Shown: in pieces, positions 10,301 through 20,461 of the stretch
Numbering within the stretch: position 1 is the first letter of the stretch
Layout: the number at the start of each line of letters is the position of its first letter
Source: a virus
Length of the DNA: 64,000 bases
Direction: 5' to 3' (one strand)
Virus record (IMG/VR): IMGVR_UViG_3300043436_004480
Span: 1 to 64,000 of that record
Notes under the pieces: generated by a model
What the model was told of the DNA's origin: nothing
What the model saw: the letters and a program-made list of their open reading frames with translations, nothing else
The model's database searches: none
Position numbers and translations under genes: made by a program

Positions 10301-12082
10301 CGGAAAACTTGGTATAAATGATGAAATATCTCTTGAATTTCCGATTACTTCTACAACTTCGTTCTCAAGATTTAAGTTTTTTAGTACTGCACCTACTGGA
10401 TTTCTATTAAAAAGAACTTGAAAATACGAATTTCCAAGATAACCTTTGTTATAACAAGCAGAAATTGCGGTTTTCAAAAGTCCATTTATATCACTTCTTA
10501 GGAACAAGGGTGTGTTTCTAAACCTGTTCCAGTTTTCTACTACACTTATTTGTCTAAATTCTTTTTTGTTTTCAGGAAGATAAAATTCTTCCCAGTTATC
10601 TTTCAGTTTTGAATTTATTTCATATATCTTTGGAAACTCTGAAAAGTTACTTGACGGAAAAGAACTCATTACAAAACCAGTAAATACCATATACAGATAA
10701 TACCGATAATTCAGAGAACTTTGTAACTGTTCATTACTAAGATTTTCCAGATCAAACGCTATAAATTCATTATGCAAGAAGTTTTCTTTTGATGAATTCT
10801 TTAATAAATGTCTTACTAAAGTTATACATTTTCTTGTTTCTTCATCTCCGGATTCAAAAATCTCTTTTATTAAAGCTGATGGACAAAAAGAAGTTGCATC
10901 TGACAAGTGATATGAAAAGAGTGAACTTATTACAGAATAAGGAATATAAAAGTCTTGATTATCTACTTTTAATGATAGACTTTTTGACTTGTGATAAATT
11001 CCATTTAGAAACTCCAATTCTTCTACTGTCGAAAAACCAATTATTTTTGGCAAATCTACATGAAATGTATAAAGTCTGATTTTAGAATGCTTTAGCTTAT
11101 CCAGAATAAAAAACGAGTATTCTAACAATACAGATTTTATTTTGTTTGCTATTACTTCTACACTTTCTTCTGTAAGCTTTATACTTTCTCTGCTTGGGTT
11201 TGGTAATAATTCACCAATTCCAAATCTGAGGAACATATATGGAATTGAAGCAAAAGATTTAAGCAAGTCTGAATAATAACCTTTTTGTTTTGAAACGTCT
11301 ATCTGGTACAATACATCGCCTAATAAGATATTAAGTCTGTGTGTATAAGAAAAAGAAGATTCGTGTTGTATTCCTTCTAAACAACGATGAAATACCGGAA
11401 AAAACAAGTATTCCTTGGTATTTATAAAATCTACTGCCTGATTAAAAGGACTTTCAAATATATTTGAAGTTATGTTAGGAAAGCCAAACAAAGTTCTGAA
11501 TGCGACTTCAGAAAACTTCTTTGCATCATCTCTATCTGTTAAAGGAATTCTAATTGTAGTTCCTTCTTCTTCAAATGGTGCTTCTTCTGTTTCTTGTAAA
11601 ACTAAAGAGGGAATATTCTTTTCATTTTTGTAGAAAAGATAAATTCTTTTTTTGTCTTCTCCTAAACATTTTGTTTCAATGTAGAAAGAATCTGTATAAG
11701 CAAAAGGAGATTTTGAACCAATTCCAAAACCTCCTATCATTTCATTTGAATTTCTTTTTGTGCTATCAAAATATTGAAGATAATTATCCCACATAAAAGA
11801 TTCCGACATACCTTTGCCATAATCTTTTACAGTTAAAAAATAATCATCTTCTGCCGAAGTAACCATTACTTCAACATTTTTTGTTGCATTGTTATCTTTA
11901 TTTGCATCTACTGCATTAGATGTTATTTCTCTAAGAATTGCAGATATTGGATCTTGATAGAGTCTTTCAGAAAGAGTTGATAATGCGCTTGCTAGATCTT
12001 TTGATGATATTCCAGCTTCTTTTGCATTTACATCTATTAGTCCTTCTTGTTCAGAATGGGAGGTTTGAATATCCGTTTTCAT
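7334..12082 (-). CDS. rIIA: rIIA-like protein with N-terminal GHKL ATPase (1582 aa)
   Basis: LYQDPISAILREITSNAVDA, VKDYGKGMS, STKR..IGGFGIGSKSPFAY, PSRESI. Confidence 0.85.
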   Translation of the reverse strand: MKTDIQTSHSEQEGLIDVNAKEAGISSKDLASALSTLSERLYQDPISAILREITSNAVDANKDNNATKNVEVMVTSAEDDYFLTVKDYGKGMSESFMWDNYLQYFDSTKRNSNEMIGGFGIGSKSPFAYTDSFYIETKCLGEDKKRIYLFYKNEKNIPSLVLQETEEAPFEEEGTTIRIPLTDRDDAKKFSEVAFRTLFGFPNITSNIFESPFNQAVDFINTKEYLFFPVFHRCLEGIQHESSFSYTHRLNILLGDVLYQIDVSKQKGYYSDLLKSFASIPYMFLRFGIGELLPNPSRESIKLTEESVEVIANKIKSVLLEYSFFILDKLKHSKIRLYTFHVDLPKIIGFSTVEELEFLNGIYHKSKSLSLKVDNQDFYIPYSVISSLFSYHLSDATSFCPSALIKEIFESGDEETRKCITLVRHLLKNSSKENFLHNEFIAFDLENLSNEQLQSSLNYRYYLYMVFTGFVMSSFPSSNFSEFPKIYEINSKLKDNWEEFYLPENKKEFRQISVVENWNRFRNTPLFLRSDINGLLKTAISACYNKGYLGNSYFQVLFNRNPVGAVLKNLNLENEVVEVIGNSRDISSFIPSFPSGISIIDDKELSFIGSWKQQFEYLRSAIHSCFSRNNLQTVQAGVFRKGFLERNYAFNSKKSFVELFNKKLDTYEILKDSKLADLFVCYLNLLPEILFRTPYLLSDVLSLSYIETQNFSFSTVNRSDFYESIEQDLIGSFNQQISQYPTISSDPSEARKDLANILRDRAVTNSDLLRLKRKFYVNKYALKNYMSAFALLVNTQNRFYSKKYIDKICNTYGIVNTPEEEKNNLETAFSQLKLKVKEALEIEAEKQRLEKSSLEAARLEFIKERKKREAKEIIPVEKTNVKCLYLDTPTQSSIALKKNSSFVETLETFIKKVDDKDFTKKAFLAEKEPNYFLYCLPEEVERVKDLVNTFQFVYTSYQFVHYKESISLSGGYKDSSSYYKDFFNSIFVLNEEQIYYLETEEAEFAKNLFHFDKFIFTVHPFFTMQLYTFLKHDELIRDYSNFSKFIARPFEKLRKTVPRLQYHNDFVYPVRDQKIIGAVPNEKYSDSKIYLNNGMNHSNFKNEVLFTQPYHNVVEKHQYNKKLLETLHVLIYDPYTPDRFSSNWLYGNVTNLKKLVSSFNLHIDYMYFKDPAKSDYYGGYHSKVRTSFCPNLDFINEELIYPDAIITKELGDLYLDMNRISKNGHSRYSYRPAINDNVNDLAELSGKMKLFFLEIANAYNVYTALGGICLTEEEFENSLTELKYALSVTEIHYDAYLYLHKLCKMIDKTYKHINSDLSTLSSFIMMDGSIQEKEFTKALTNERYIHRKQKFVLSERHVSNFLPEYSKLIDYNSQKSIIKINHKDNPLFPQTEGAEKIHVFEFYCENISLNAKKRSMYGASVYKTLGNASSYEAKVEEFLKNLSVECTFNLKNAYIDLNKKLLFPLIETKSVGFSNSDIYNCSLTNDYEFTDKMIKRNYTDGSLIKVVYFKGLEAKQKYLKSLKEGDFNKYANRVVKRDDFFYNLSNLDSSIFQRRKTAFSQNAHNTTGVFKNLHRSNLIPTL

Positions 12083-13040
12083 TAGGATCGTTTAGTAAAG
12101 TATTGAGAATTTGTGCAGCAGAAAACATATCATATGTTTCTATGAAGTCGGATATGTCTTTTTCTTCTCCTGGAAGAATTATATATGGCCATCCAGTTTC
12201 TGCTGATCTGTCTTTTGCAAACTGAATGCCTCTTTCGTCGTTATCGTAAAATATTACTGGTCTTTTGAACCTTGATTTTATATATTCTACGAACTTTGGG
12301 TGATATTTTGCATTTTCTGAAAGTGGAGATGCAGAAAAGTAAGAAAGTTCATGTAAACACATTACATCTTTTAAACTTTTAGTAATTAATATTACATCTC
12401 CTGTTTCAGGAAGTTGCCTGTAACCCATTATTTTTGAGTTTGTATTTTGGATGAATTTTGGTTCACCATATGGAAAGTATATTTTATAATGAGTTTCTCC
12501 TAGATAATATGCATATCCCGGATTTGTTTCATCATTTGTATATACAAGTCTTCCATCTACCCAAAGTCTATCTATTGCATAAACTTTGAATTTTTTTAAA
12601 GTCTTTGAAGAAATCTGATAACGCTCGTACCAAAAGTTTTTATCAACTCTCGAAAATAATCTTTCTTTTACTACAATGTTTTTCTCCGTCCCAGAAAAAG
12701 AAGAAAGATTATTTACAGGCGATGCTTTTACTTCTCTCCTTTCGCCAATATCAGTTTTTCCTTCATAATCAATATTAAAATCTCTAGCCACTATCTTTAA
12801 AGCCATGTTAAAATCGCAACTGTATAAAGTTTGCACTATGTCAAAACAATCATAAAACTGTTTTGTTCCATGATCATACATTACAAGTTTTCCTTTATTA
12901 TTATAGAAACTGCAACTTGGCTGAGTGTCTTTTCTAAAAGGATTTAATATTGTTTTTTTCGTTACTGAAATGCCATAAGTTTCAAATACATCTTCTTGTC
13001 TTATTTTGGAAAGTATAAAGTTCTTTGTTAGTTGTGACAT
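12051..13040 (-). CDS. DNA primase (crAss-type DnaG/TOPRIM)
   Basis: NPFRKDTQPSCSF, ITKSLKDVMCL, YDND..G and KDISD motifs. Confidence 0.88.
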   Translation of the reverse strand: MSQLTKNFILSKIRQEDVFETYGISVTKKTILNPFRKDTQPSCSFYNNKGKLVMYDHGTKQFYDCFDIVQTLYSCDFNMALKIVARDFNIDYEGKTDIGERREVKASPVNNLSSFSGTEKNIVVKERLFSRVDKNFWYERYQISSKTLKKFKVYAIDRLWVDGRLVYTNDETNPGYAYYLGETHYKIYFPYGEPKFIQNTNSKIMGYRQLPETGDVILITKSLKDVMCLHELSYFSASPLSENAKYHPKFVEYIKSRFKRPVIFYDNDERGIQFAKDRSAETGWPYIILPGEEKDISDFIETYDMFSAAQILNTLLNDPNENGYSNLPF

Positions 13041-13054
13041 TTTCAAATATAAAA

Positions 13055-13080
13055 AAAAGTCAGGATTTCTCCTGACTTTT
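13055..13080. terminator. Intrinsic terminator, probably bidirectional
   Basis: AAAAGTCAGGA-TTTC-TCCTGACTTTT. Confidence 0.75.
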
Positions 13081-13101
13081 CTTTCTCGCTTTGTAAGCTA
13101 A

Positions 13102-13800
13102 TTAAAATGCATCTTCTTCTTCTTTTTGACCTGCACTTGTTGCCGGAGCAGCATTTGGATCTTTGAAGTTCAGATATTCATTATAACTTTCTTGTTCTTT
13201 TTTACTTATTTTCATAAGTTCGGTTATAACTTTTTCACCTATTCTTAGGAAGTGAGTGTAACCAACTGCTGGAGTAGCAAGTCTTTTTTTGTTATTGTAA
13301 ACAGAAGCTGTTACTTTAAGCTGAAATTCTGCACCTTTGAAAGGTGAATTATCTATAATTTTGCTAATTGCTTCATATGCAGGGCGCATAAAAAGCATTA
13401 TGTCTGCACTTGCATCAGTTTCTCTTGTGAAACCTGCATTTTGCAGTTCGGTCATGAATTTTTCTTTACTGTTGTACTGACCATTTTCGTCAACATCTTT
13501 TTCAAACCTGTTTAGCAACATGTAAACTGTTGCGAAGAATCTTTTTTCTGCTTTTTCTGATTCTTCTTGCGAAGCACCTTCTCTTGCAAATGGAGGCCAT
13601 ACTACATAATCGTGAGTTTTCTTTTCATCATCTGACTTTGCAAATGTGAAAATTATACTTGGACTAATAGTTTCATTTCCTTCACTCAAACTTACAGATT
13701 TGAATTTACAGTTAGTAACTCCAAAATCAAAACTTGAGATGCTGGTTCCATTTGATGAGGTGTCTTGTGCGCTTTCCGCAGCTTGAAATAAGTTATTCAT
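13102..13800 (-). CDS. Probable single-stranded DNA-binding protein
   Basis: Position in the replication module; acidic C-terminal tail ending EEEDAF. Confidence 0.55.
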   Translation of the reverse strand: MNNLFQAAESAQDTSSNGTSISSFDFGVTNCKFKSVSLSEGNETISPSIIFTFAKSDDEKKTHDYVVWPPFAREGASQEESEKAEKRFFATVYMLLNRFEKDVDENGQYNSKEKFMTELQNAGFTRETDASADIMLFMRPAYEAISKIIDNSPFKGAEFQLKVTASVYNNKKRLATPAVGYTHFLRIGEKVITELMKISKKEQESYNEYLNFKDPNAAPATSAGQKEEEDAF

Positions 13801-13846
13801 ATTGAATATGAGGTAATAATGATGGGAATTGATTTATTTAAGTAAA

Positions 13847-13871
13847 AAAAAGGGATCCGAAGATCCCTTTT
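13847..13871. terminator. Intrinsic terminator
   Basis: AAAAGGGATC-CGAA-GATCCCTTTT. Confidence 0.8.
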
Positions 13872-13889
13872 CTAGGAATTTTTCAGAGA

Positions 13890-14471
13890 TTAAAACTCTG
13901 ATGGTATTTCAGAAGCAGAAACTACTTCTGATTCGTTTTCTGCTGGAGCATCTTCGCTAGTTGCATCTGCAACTACATCTGCTGTTTCAGCACCTTCTTC
14001 TTTAGTTCTTTTCTTTCTTTCTGTTGGAGCAACATAAGTAAGTTGAAGAACGGTGATACCTTCTTGGGTATCTGCATCTTCTAATTCTGCGGTTACATCA
14101 GTTGTGCTATAAGTAGCATCAATTTTTTCTGCTACACCAGTAGCAACGATTGCTTCTTCAAATGCTTGAGCAAAGTAAGATAAGCGTACAGTTGCACTCT
14201 TTTCTTTACCGTCTTTTCTTGCTTTGAAGATAGCTTTTTCAGCTTCTGCCGAACCGGCTGCAAAAATAACCATTAGCAATTTGCCATCTACGTGAGCAAT
14301 AGTGGCTGAACGGTTCTGCAAGTTTAAAGACTTAAACAGTTCATCTGATACTGTGCAATCGCCTTCAACTACACGAATATCGAAATCCTGAGATTTCTTT
14401 GCTCTTGGCTTACTGATACCAGTTCTTTTTGCTTTGTTAGGAATGGCAGAAATGATTGAATTAAGATTCAT
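13890..14471 (-). CDS. Hypothetical protein with basic N-terminus and acidic tail
   Basis: 193-aa ORF with its own promoter and terminator. Confidence 0.75.
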   Translation of the reverse strand: MNLNSIISAIPNKAKRTGISKPRAKKSQDFDIRVVEGDCTVSDELFKSLNLQNRSATIAHVDGKLLMVIFAAGSAEAEKAIFKARKDGKEKSATVRLSYFAQAFEEAIVATGVAEKIDATYSTTDVTAELEDADTQEGITVLQLTYVAPTERKKRTKEEGAETADVVADATSEDAPAENESEVVSASEIPSEF

Positions 14472-14513
14472 CTTGTTTGATGGGTTTAGATTGGGTTGTG
14501 ATTTACTGTATTA

Positions 14514-14543
14514 CAAATATAGAACTTTTTTTTGGTTCTACAA
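14514..14543 (-). promoter_or_regulatory. Bacteroidota-type promoter
   Basis: TTG-N19-TATATTTG. Confidence 0.6.
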
Positions 14544-15254
14544 TGGAAGTTCGTAATATTCTTTGATTTTTTTTGAGATCCAAAGACAGTCGTTTGGCAC
14601 GTCTATCAAATCTTTAGTTGGATCGGCATCATCGGTTAGCAAACCCGGAGGTACTTTGGCACCTGTACGTTTTGCATAACTTTTGAAAACATAAGTAGGA
14701 CGACCATCAGCAGTTTCTTCGCCTCTTGTTGCATAAAGAACAATAGGAAAATACGCTTCTAATTTTCCAGAAAATTTCTTTCCTTCGGTAGTCATTCTTA
14801 TTTCTCTAACTCCTTCGGTTTCATCTGTAATCATTTCTACGTGACAAGTCACATAAATGACTACATCTTTTAAGTTACGCATTGCATCGAGAAGTTTGTA
14901 ATAATCTTCTCCTAGTTGTCCATAGATTTCAAAGCCTTTATATGCTTTTCTATCATAGATTTCTTGCTTCTGCGCCCATAAACTGAAAGAATCAAAGAAA
15001 ATTGTTTTGATACCATTCTTATCTAACTTTTCTTGAGTTAAGAAAGAAAGCATATCTGATTTTCCTTGTGCATCAAAACCAGTTTTTACAAACTTGAATT
15101 TTGATTTGAACGGAAATGCTTTTTGTTCTGAATTTATTATTAGAGTAGTTTCAGGATCTAGATTTCTTGCAGCCATAGTTTTACCTCGACCAGAAGAACC
15201 TATAATTGCAACCATAATTGCAGGATGTCTGTCTTTTTTTATTTCATCGGACAT
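14538..15254 (-). CDS. AAA-family ATPase (Sak4/AAA_24-like)
   Basis: Walker A GSSGRGKT, Walker B IFFDS, TCH motif. Confidence 0.8.
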   Translation of the reverse strand: MSDEIKKDRHPAIMVAIIGSSGRGKTMAARNLDPETTLIINSEQKAFPFKSKFKFVKTGFDAQGKSDMLSFLTQEKLDKNGIKTIFFDSFSLWAQKQEIYDRKAYKGFEIYGQLGEDYYKLLDAMRNLKDVVIYVTCHVEMITDETEGVREIRMTTEGKKFSGKLEAYFPIVLYATRGEETADGRPTYVFKSYAKRTGAKVPPGLLTDDADPTKDLIDVPNDCLWISKKIKEYYELPL

Positions 15255-15266
15255 AATTAGTAAAGT

Positions 15267-16481
15267 TTAATACGGATCTCCCTCTTGATATTCAGTAAAG
15301 TCCGAGGGAGGAAGTTCCCTTACTGAATCTTTTCTTTTTTCTGGGAGAGCGTTTCTACCTGCTAAAACGTCTTCTAATAAATTTTTTGCCTTATCGTTAT
15401 TAGAAAATAAATTCTCGATTGGCGGTAATGGAGCGAATATTCCAGTTTCTCCAACATAAAGCATAGATCTGTCACCTAGTCCTCTACCATCTCTGTCTTT
15501 AAGTTTGTAAACTGATCTATATCTATCTCCTAATATGGAAATGTTGTAACCTTTATATTCTGCAAGATGGTATCTTGCAGGACTAAACAAAGCTAAAACA
15601 ACATTTGCATCCTTCTGCATGTTTTTACTATCTGAAAAATCATCCAGTACAGGCCATAATTCATCTTGTTTGCTTACTGTAAAACTATTTTTCGATTTTA
15701 ATTGTTGTACTGCTGCTATTGCAACATCATATTTATTTCTAAATTGAATAAAATCACCGGATAATTCATCCATCTGATCTTTTGCAAAATTTCCGTTTTT
15801 TCTTTTTACAAGACTTATGTGATCATAAATAATCAAAAGAAACATTGGACGTTTGTTAATCTTATTTACAAAAACTTTTCTTGTAGTATTTTCTTTCAAA
15901 ACATCATCGAAGAAATCTTCTTCAATTTCTTCTAGATGCATATCTAGAAATTTTTGTATTTGTTCTTTTGTTCTTGCTGCATCTTCTGGAATTTCTAGAA
16001 ATTTTACTTTCTCTTGAAGAACTTTAAAAAATGGCTGCAAATTTCTTATGTACTCCAAACCTCTTTCAGTAAGTGGCATATCTGTACTAAGAATTTTCTT
16101 TATATCTACGGGTTTTCTCGTTGTAGGAGTTAAAACACCTTCTCTATAAAGTTTATTTACTGCCAATTTTAGTAATTTTCTTTTCTTTGAAACTTCCATT
16201 GTAAAATACAAGCACATGAAGTTTTTATCTTCTCCATCTACCATATATTCCTCAATTGCATTCATTAAAAAGACATCGTCAACAAAAGAAGTTTTTCCAG
16301 TTCCGGTTTCACCACCGATTAGGTAAAAAGTACCTCTCTCGACTTTTGCAAAATCTGCAAAGTCTAAATTCGTATCAATTCCTGGTCTTTTCCCTTGTCT
16401 CGCAAGTGAAATTTCGCTAGTAATTAAACGAAAGTAATCTTTTTCCTTTTCTTTCTGCTTTTCTTTTTGTTCTTCTGTCAT
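15267..16481 (-). CDS. dnaB: Replicative DnaB-like helicase
   Basis: GETGTGKT, YFTME, IIYDH, VQQL, DANVVLAL motifs. Confidence 0.85.
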   Translation of the reverse strand: MTEEQKEKQKEKEKDYFRLITSEISLARQGKRPGIDTNLDFADFAKVERGTFYLIGGETGTGKTSFVDDVFLMNAIEEYMVDGEDKNFMCLYFTMEVSKKRKLLKLAVNKLYREGVLTPTTRKPVDIKKILSTDMPLTERGLEYIRNLQPFFKVLQEKVKFLEIPEDAARTKEQIQKFLDMHLEEIEEDFFDDVLKENTTRKVFVNKINKRPMFLLIIYDHISLVKRKNGNFAKDQMDELSGDFIQFRNKYDVAIAAVQQLKSKNSFTVSKQDELWPVLDDFSDSKNMQKDANVVLALFSPARYHLAEYKGYNISILGDRYRSVYKLKDRDGRGLGDRSMLYVGETGIFAPLPPIENLFSNNDKAKNLLEDVLAGRNALPEKRKDSVRELPPSDFTEYQEGDPY

Positions 16482-17224
16482 ATTTGATCAAAGTCTGGTT
16501 GTACCTTGTCAAAGTTAATAAAAGAATTGGTGCTTTGCATCAAAGATTGATAAATATCAATCGCTGACCTAAATCTACCAGATGAAATAAATGCAACAAT
16601 GCCATAAGAAAAGAAACTTTCTTTTGGTTTACTATGCAACTCTTGTTTTTTTATGTAATCTATGGCTTCCATAAGTAACTCGTGAGTTTCTTTGCTGCCT
16701 TCGATTGTAGTGTAATAATATTCGTAAAACTCAGTATCTGTAATTGTCTCTTTGTTTGTATTTTCTTTTGTGAGTTTTCTTATTACAGATCCTTCGTGAT
16801 CGACTTTTATCTGAGATCTTGACGGATAAAGATCTCCTTTTACTTTTATGAAAGACGGATAACGGTTTATTAAATCTAAACCGAAAGTTTTTACTTCTTC
16901 TTTCTTATAAACAGCAGTTATATATTTTTCGTAATCATGCGATATAATGAAATCATTAGTATCTGCATTTTCTGGATCACTACCTATATAACTGATGAAG
17001 CCACGTTCAATAAGTATGCGAATATCTAGTTCAGTTACTGGAGAAACATCAAAATCAATTTCTCCTAGTCTTCCTAGATATTCTGCATACCAAGTTATTG
17101 CGCTAGCTTTTTTATTTCCTCCTTGACCTTTTTCAGTTAATACGTGTAAAAACAGTAACTGATTAGGAGTTATTCGCAAGTCATTCAGTAAAAATTTCAG
17201 ACTTTTGAATTCATTATCTATCAT
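16478..17224 (-). CDS. Hypothetical replication-module protein
   Basis: 248-aa ORF coupled between the two helicase genes. Confidence 0.7.
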   Translation of the reverse strand: MIDNEFKSLKFLLNDLRITPNQLLFLHVLTEKGQGGNKKASAITWYAEYLGRLGEIDFDVSPVTELDIRILIERGFISYIGSDPENADTNDFIISHDYEKYITAVYKKEEVKTFGLDLINRYPSFIKVKGDLYPSRSQIKVDHEGSVIRKLTKENTNKETITDTEFYEYYYTTIEGSKETHELLMEAIDYIKKQELHSKPKESFFSYGIVAFISSGRFRSAIDIYQSLMQSTNSFINFDKVQPDFDQI

Positions 17225-18506
17225 TTATAGTCAATCGTTCTATTTTTGTGATTGTGTCCTCTAACGATAAATATGTTGCAGGTGCAGAATCTTTTTGCGC
17301 TTTTTCTAGCCAACTTTCCTCTACTGTTGAAGTGTAAACTAAATTCACAAACATTGCAGTTTTATAAGTTCCGTCTTTTCTAAGACGGCAAACCCGGCCT
17401 TTTCTTTGAACATTACTTGTTGCACTTGAATTATAAGCTGCTGCTATTCCAAGATATAATTTGTCGTCAGAAAATCCTTCGTTCAGTGCCGATGCAGACA
17501 ACATTACGTCTGTCTGTCCAGATAAAAATTCAGCTAATGCTGCATCTTTTTCCTTTTTTGTTAATTTGCTGTGATAAATACTGCATTTACGGAAAGTTTG
17601 AAGTTTAACTTTCAAATTTTCTATAAATTCAATAGACTGAGAGAATATAATAGTTTTACAGTTAGTTTCTGTGAGTATTCTAACTATTATATCTTCTTTT
17701 GCTTTGCTCTGCTGTAAAAGATCAGATCTTTTCTTCATAAAAGCCAAAAAACAAGAGGAACTTGTTTTTATTGCTTCTATCGGAAGATTTTTCTTTTTTG
17801 CCCATTTTGCTGCAACTGCCGGAGTATTACAAGCAGATGTTGCAGCAGCAAAATCGTTATCAAAAACTTTTAAGTTTTTTGGTATTTGCTCAGAATAATA
17901 ATCATATTGATTCTTCTGCTCGTGAGTCAGATTCATCCTTAGATTTATTTCCTGATAAGGTGCTACCCAACCATTTCTAACTGCCATTTCCAAACTTATA
18001 GTATATAAGATTGGAGCAAGTTGAGTAAAAGTTGTATGCAAACCATCTAGTCTTTCTGCTGTTGCTGAAAGTCCTAATATAAATTTGTAAGGAACTTCCC
18101 ACATTCTTACGAACTGTCTGCCAATTGCTTCATCAGCATTGCCTCCATAATTGTGAATTTCGTCTGCAATTATAAAGGTATTTTCAGTATCAGTTATTTC
18201 ACCAGCAATTAGTTTATTTACATAAGTGTTTATGATATAAACATTTATATTTTGTCTAAATTGTGGTAAAACAAATTTATCTAAGTCCGCAGTCCAGTTA
18301 ACAAGGTGGTTTGTTTTATTTAAGATAATTGTTATTGGAAGATTTGGATTTTTTGCTCTTGTTCTGTTTATTGCTTTGCAAGCCATTACAGTTTTACCAA
18401 AAGAAGTACAACAAGCAAATGTTCCTCTACCTTTATATGCTCTCCAATAATTATCTAATAAGTAGTCTTGAATCTGATCTCGACTCAATCCATCTATGTT
18501 TTCCAC
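17214..18506 (-). CDS. Superfamily 2 helicase
   Basis: FGKT, DEIH, GLSAT and QRKGRVCR motifs. Confidence 0.9.
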   Translation of the reverse strand: MENIDGLSRDQIQDYLLDNYWRAYKGRGTFACCTSFGKTVMACKAINRTRAKNPNLPITIILNKTNHLVNWTADLDKFVLPQFRQNINVYIINTYVNKLIAGEITDTENTFIIADEIHNYGGNADEAIGRQFVRMWEVPYKFILGLSATAERLDGLHTTFTQLAPILYTISLEMAVRNGWVAPYQEINLRMNLTHEQKNQYDYYSEQIPKNLKVFDNDFAAATSACNTPAVAAKWAKKKNLPIEAIKTSSSCFLAFMKKRSDLLQQSKAKEDIIVRILTETNCKTIIFSQSIEFIENLKVKLQTFRKCSIYHSKLTKKEKDAALAEFLSGQTDVMLSASALNEGFSDDKLYLGIAAAYNSSATSNVQRKGRVCRLRKDGTYKTAMFVNLVYTSTVEESWLEKAQKDSAPATYLSLEDTITKIERLTINDR

Positions 18507-18507
18507 A

Positions 18508-20415
18508 TTAAAATAAAGTTAATTGTTGATTTTCAATTTCGTGTGCAAACTTACTACATTCGTTAATATAAAATTTGTAGTCAATATCTACATCTTTTAT
18601 TGTAACTCCACGTAAGTCGTTTGCTAGTGTTAACAATGATTTTGCTATTACAAAACTCTCTGCTCCTGTGTCTTTATTACGTTTCATTAAATAACCACCT
18701 TTTTTAGATACGAAATACCTATTTGTTTTTGGTAGTTTTTCTATTTTAACGTCTCCATTCTGAACAATTTTGAATATAAATTCAAATTTAGAATCTGCTT
18801 TTTGAGAAGAACAGAAATCATACAAATCTGTATGCTCCATAATAGTTTTTCGGTAATCTATTCCTTCTGTAAAGTATTTAACTAAAGCATAAGGAATAAT
18901 CGGCATATCGAAACCTTTTTCTATTGGCTTTTCATAAAGAAATCCGCCTTTAGTTTTAATAGAGAATTTTCCATCTGCTTTTGGTTCCATTGCAACATAA
19001 CTGTTCATTGCTTTACAAACAAATTTGGTATATAGAGTTTCCTCCAATTCCATTTTTGTTGTATTTTCCCAATCAGTTCCGATTTTATCGTACTCTTCTT
19101 TTTTGTCAACTGGAACCAAAGTAAGAATACCATCGGTATTTGCAGAAATAGTTTTGAATCCGTGAATCTGATTTTGTTCTGCAAGCATCAAAATTCCTAA
19201 CTGCCCAGATAATGTAACAGTTAAAAATGCAGTCGGATCATATAAAGGAGAAGGAGGAGAAGTTTTTGATCTTCCCATATTAAATTTACCTACTGCTGCG
19301 TTAATAACAATTTTATTAACTTCTGCTGGTAATTTCATACCTTTAGCTTTGTATTCTAATCTTTCTACTGTTTGATCTTTTAGAATTTGATTAAATTCAG
19401 GACTTAAATGGTAAGGTCTTATAAGCCATTCATTACACAAACTTGGATAGTAAGATTTTACATCTTTGTCTGATAAATAATGAGTTTTTGTTGAATAATG
19501 AATTTTAGGATAATCTACTGTATGAATACCGCCAATTCCTAAAATATACTCAACATTATCAATCATTACTCTTTCTTTCATTACTCCTTTTTCAAGCTTA
19601 AAACTTTTATTACGAAGTTCTTCAAGAAATTTTTGTAATTGTGGAGTCTCAAACTTTACAAATGGTAAAATGCAATCTTTAAGATGAACAACTTTGTTTT
19701 CTCTAAAGTTTTTTCTGAATTCATGCTTATTATCTCCAGTTTTTTCACAATAAAGCTTAGTAATAAGCATATCTGCTACTGTACTACGAGAAGAAGACAT
19801 AACCGGTAAGTTATATCTGTTTTTTACGTTTTCTCTAAGCTTGATTTCAGGAAAAAAGTATTTAGTTAGTTCATGAGTTATTAAAACATCATTAAAACAA
19901 TAATCTCTAACTAAATCTGCTTGTTCTCTTGTAAGAATTGCTTCTGGAGAAAATGGTAAATCTTGAATAAGTGGCATTTTTAAATTTACTGCACAACTTT
20001 TCAAAGATTTACCAATTTTATCCAATCTACCTAAAGTCATCAAGTCAATTGTATTACAATGCAACTTGTCAATCTTATGATAGATTTTTTGTTCTCTTAA
20101 CTCTCGAATAAGGTTATTTGAAAAAGCATTCATTTTCTTAGGACTTGGGTTTTTCATTCCTAAGAACTTGTTCAGCATTACATCATCATAAGAAATGTTG
20201 TTGTAGCCGATCAGATAATCTTTTCCTTTTTCTGGGCCTGCTTCGAGAGATAATAAAAATTCTTCTAATTCTTGGGCAGAAGTTTTTGTTTCTTCTCTAC
20301 CTTCTTCTGAAACAAACAGTTCAAAATAAAACTTGTTATCTGTGTTGTATTCTTGAAAGCATACTAGAAAGTAATTAAGATAACTTTCTATATCATAAAC
20401 GAATTTTCTTGCCAT
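18508..20415 (-). CDS. DNA polymerase family B (crAss-type)
   Basis: Exonuclease motifs YDIE, GYN..YD, YCFNDV; polymerase motifs DVKSYYP, KIVINAAVGK, NTDG. Confidence 0.92.
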   Translation of the reverse strand: MARKFVYDIESYLNYFLVCFQEYNTDNKFYFELFVSEEGREETKTSAQELEEFLLSLEAGPEKGKDYLIGYNNISYDDVMLNKFLGMKNPSPKKMNAFSNNLIRELREQKIYHKIDKLHCNTIDLMTLGRLDKIGKSLKSCAVNLKMPLIQDLPFSPEAILTREQADLVRDYCFNDVLITHELTKYFFPEIKLRENVKNRYNLPVMSSSRSTVADMLITKLYCEKTGDNKHEFRKNFRENKVVHLKDCILPFVKFETPQLQKFLEELRNKSFKLEKGVMKERVMIDNVEYILGIGGIHTVDYPKIHYSTKTHYLSDKDVKSYYPSLCNEWLIRPYHLSPEFNQILKDQTVERLEYKAKGMKLPAEVNKIVINAAVGKFNMGRSKTSPPSPLYDPTAFLTVTLSGQLGILMLAEQNQIHGFKTISANTDGILTLVPVDKKEEYDKIGTDWENTTKMELEETLYTKFVCKAMNSYVAMEPKADGKFSIKTKGGFLYEKPIEKGFDMPIIPYALVKYFTEGIDYRKTIMEHTDLYDFCSSQKADSKFEFIFKIVQNGDVKIEKLPKTNRYFVSKKGGYLMKRNKDTGAESFVIAKSLLTLANDLRGVTIKDVDIDYKFYINECSKFAHEIENQQLTLF

Positions 20416-20461
20416 AAATTAAAAGATGATGTTCAGAGTATCAAAGTTAAGCAAACATTAT

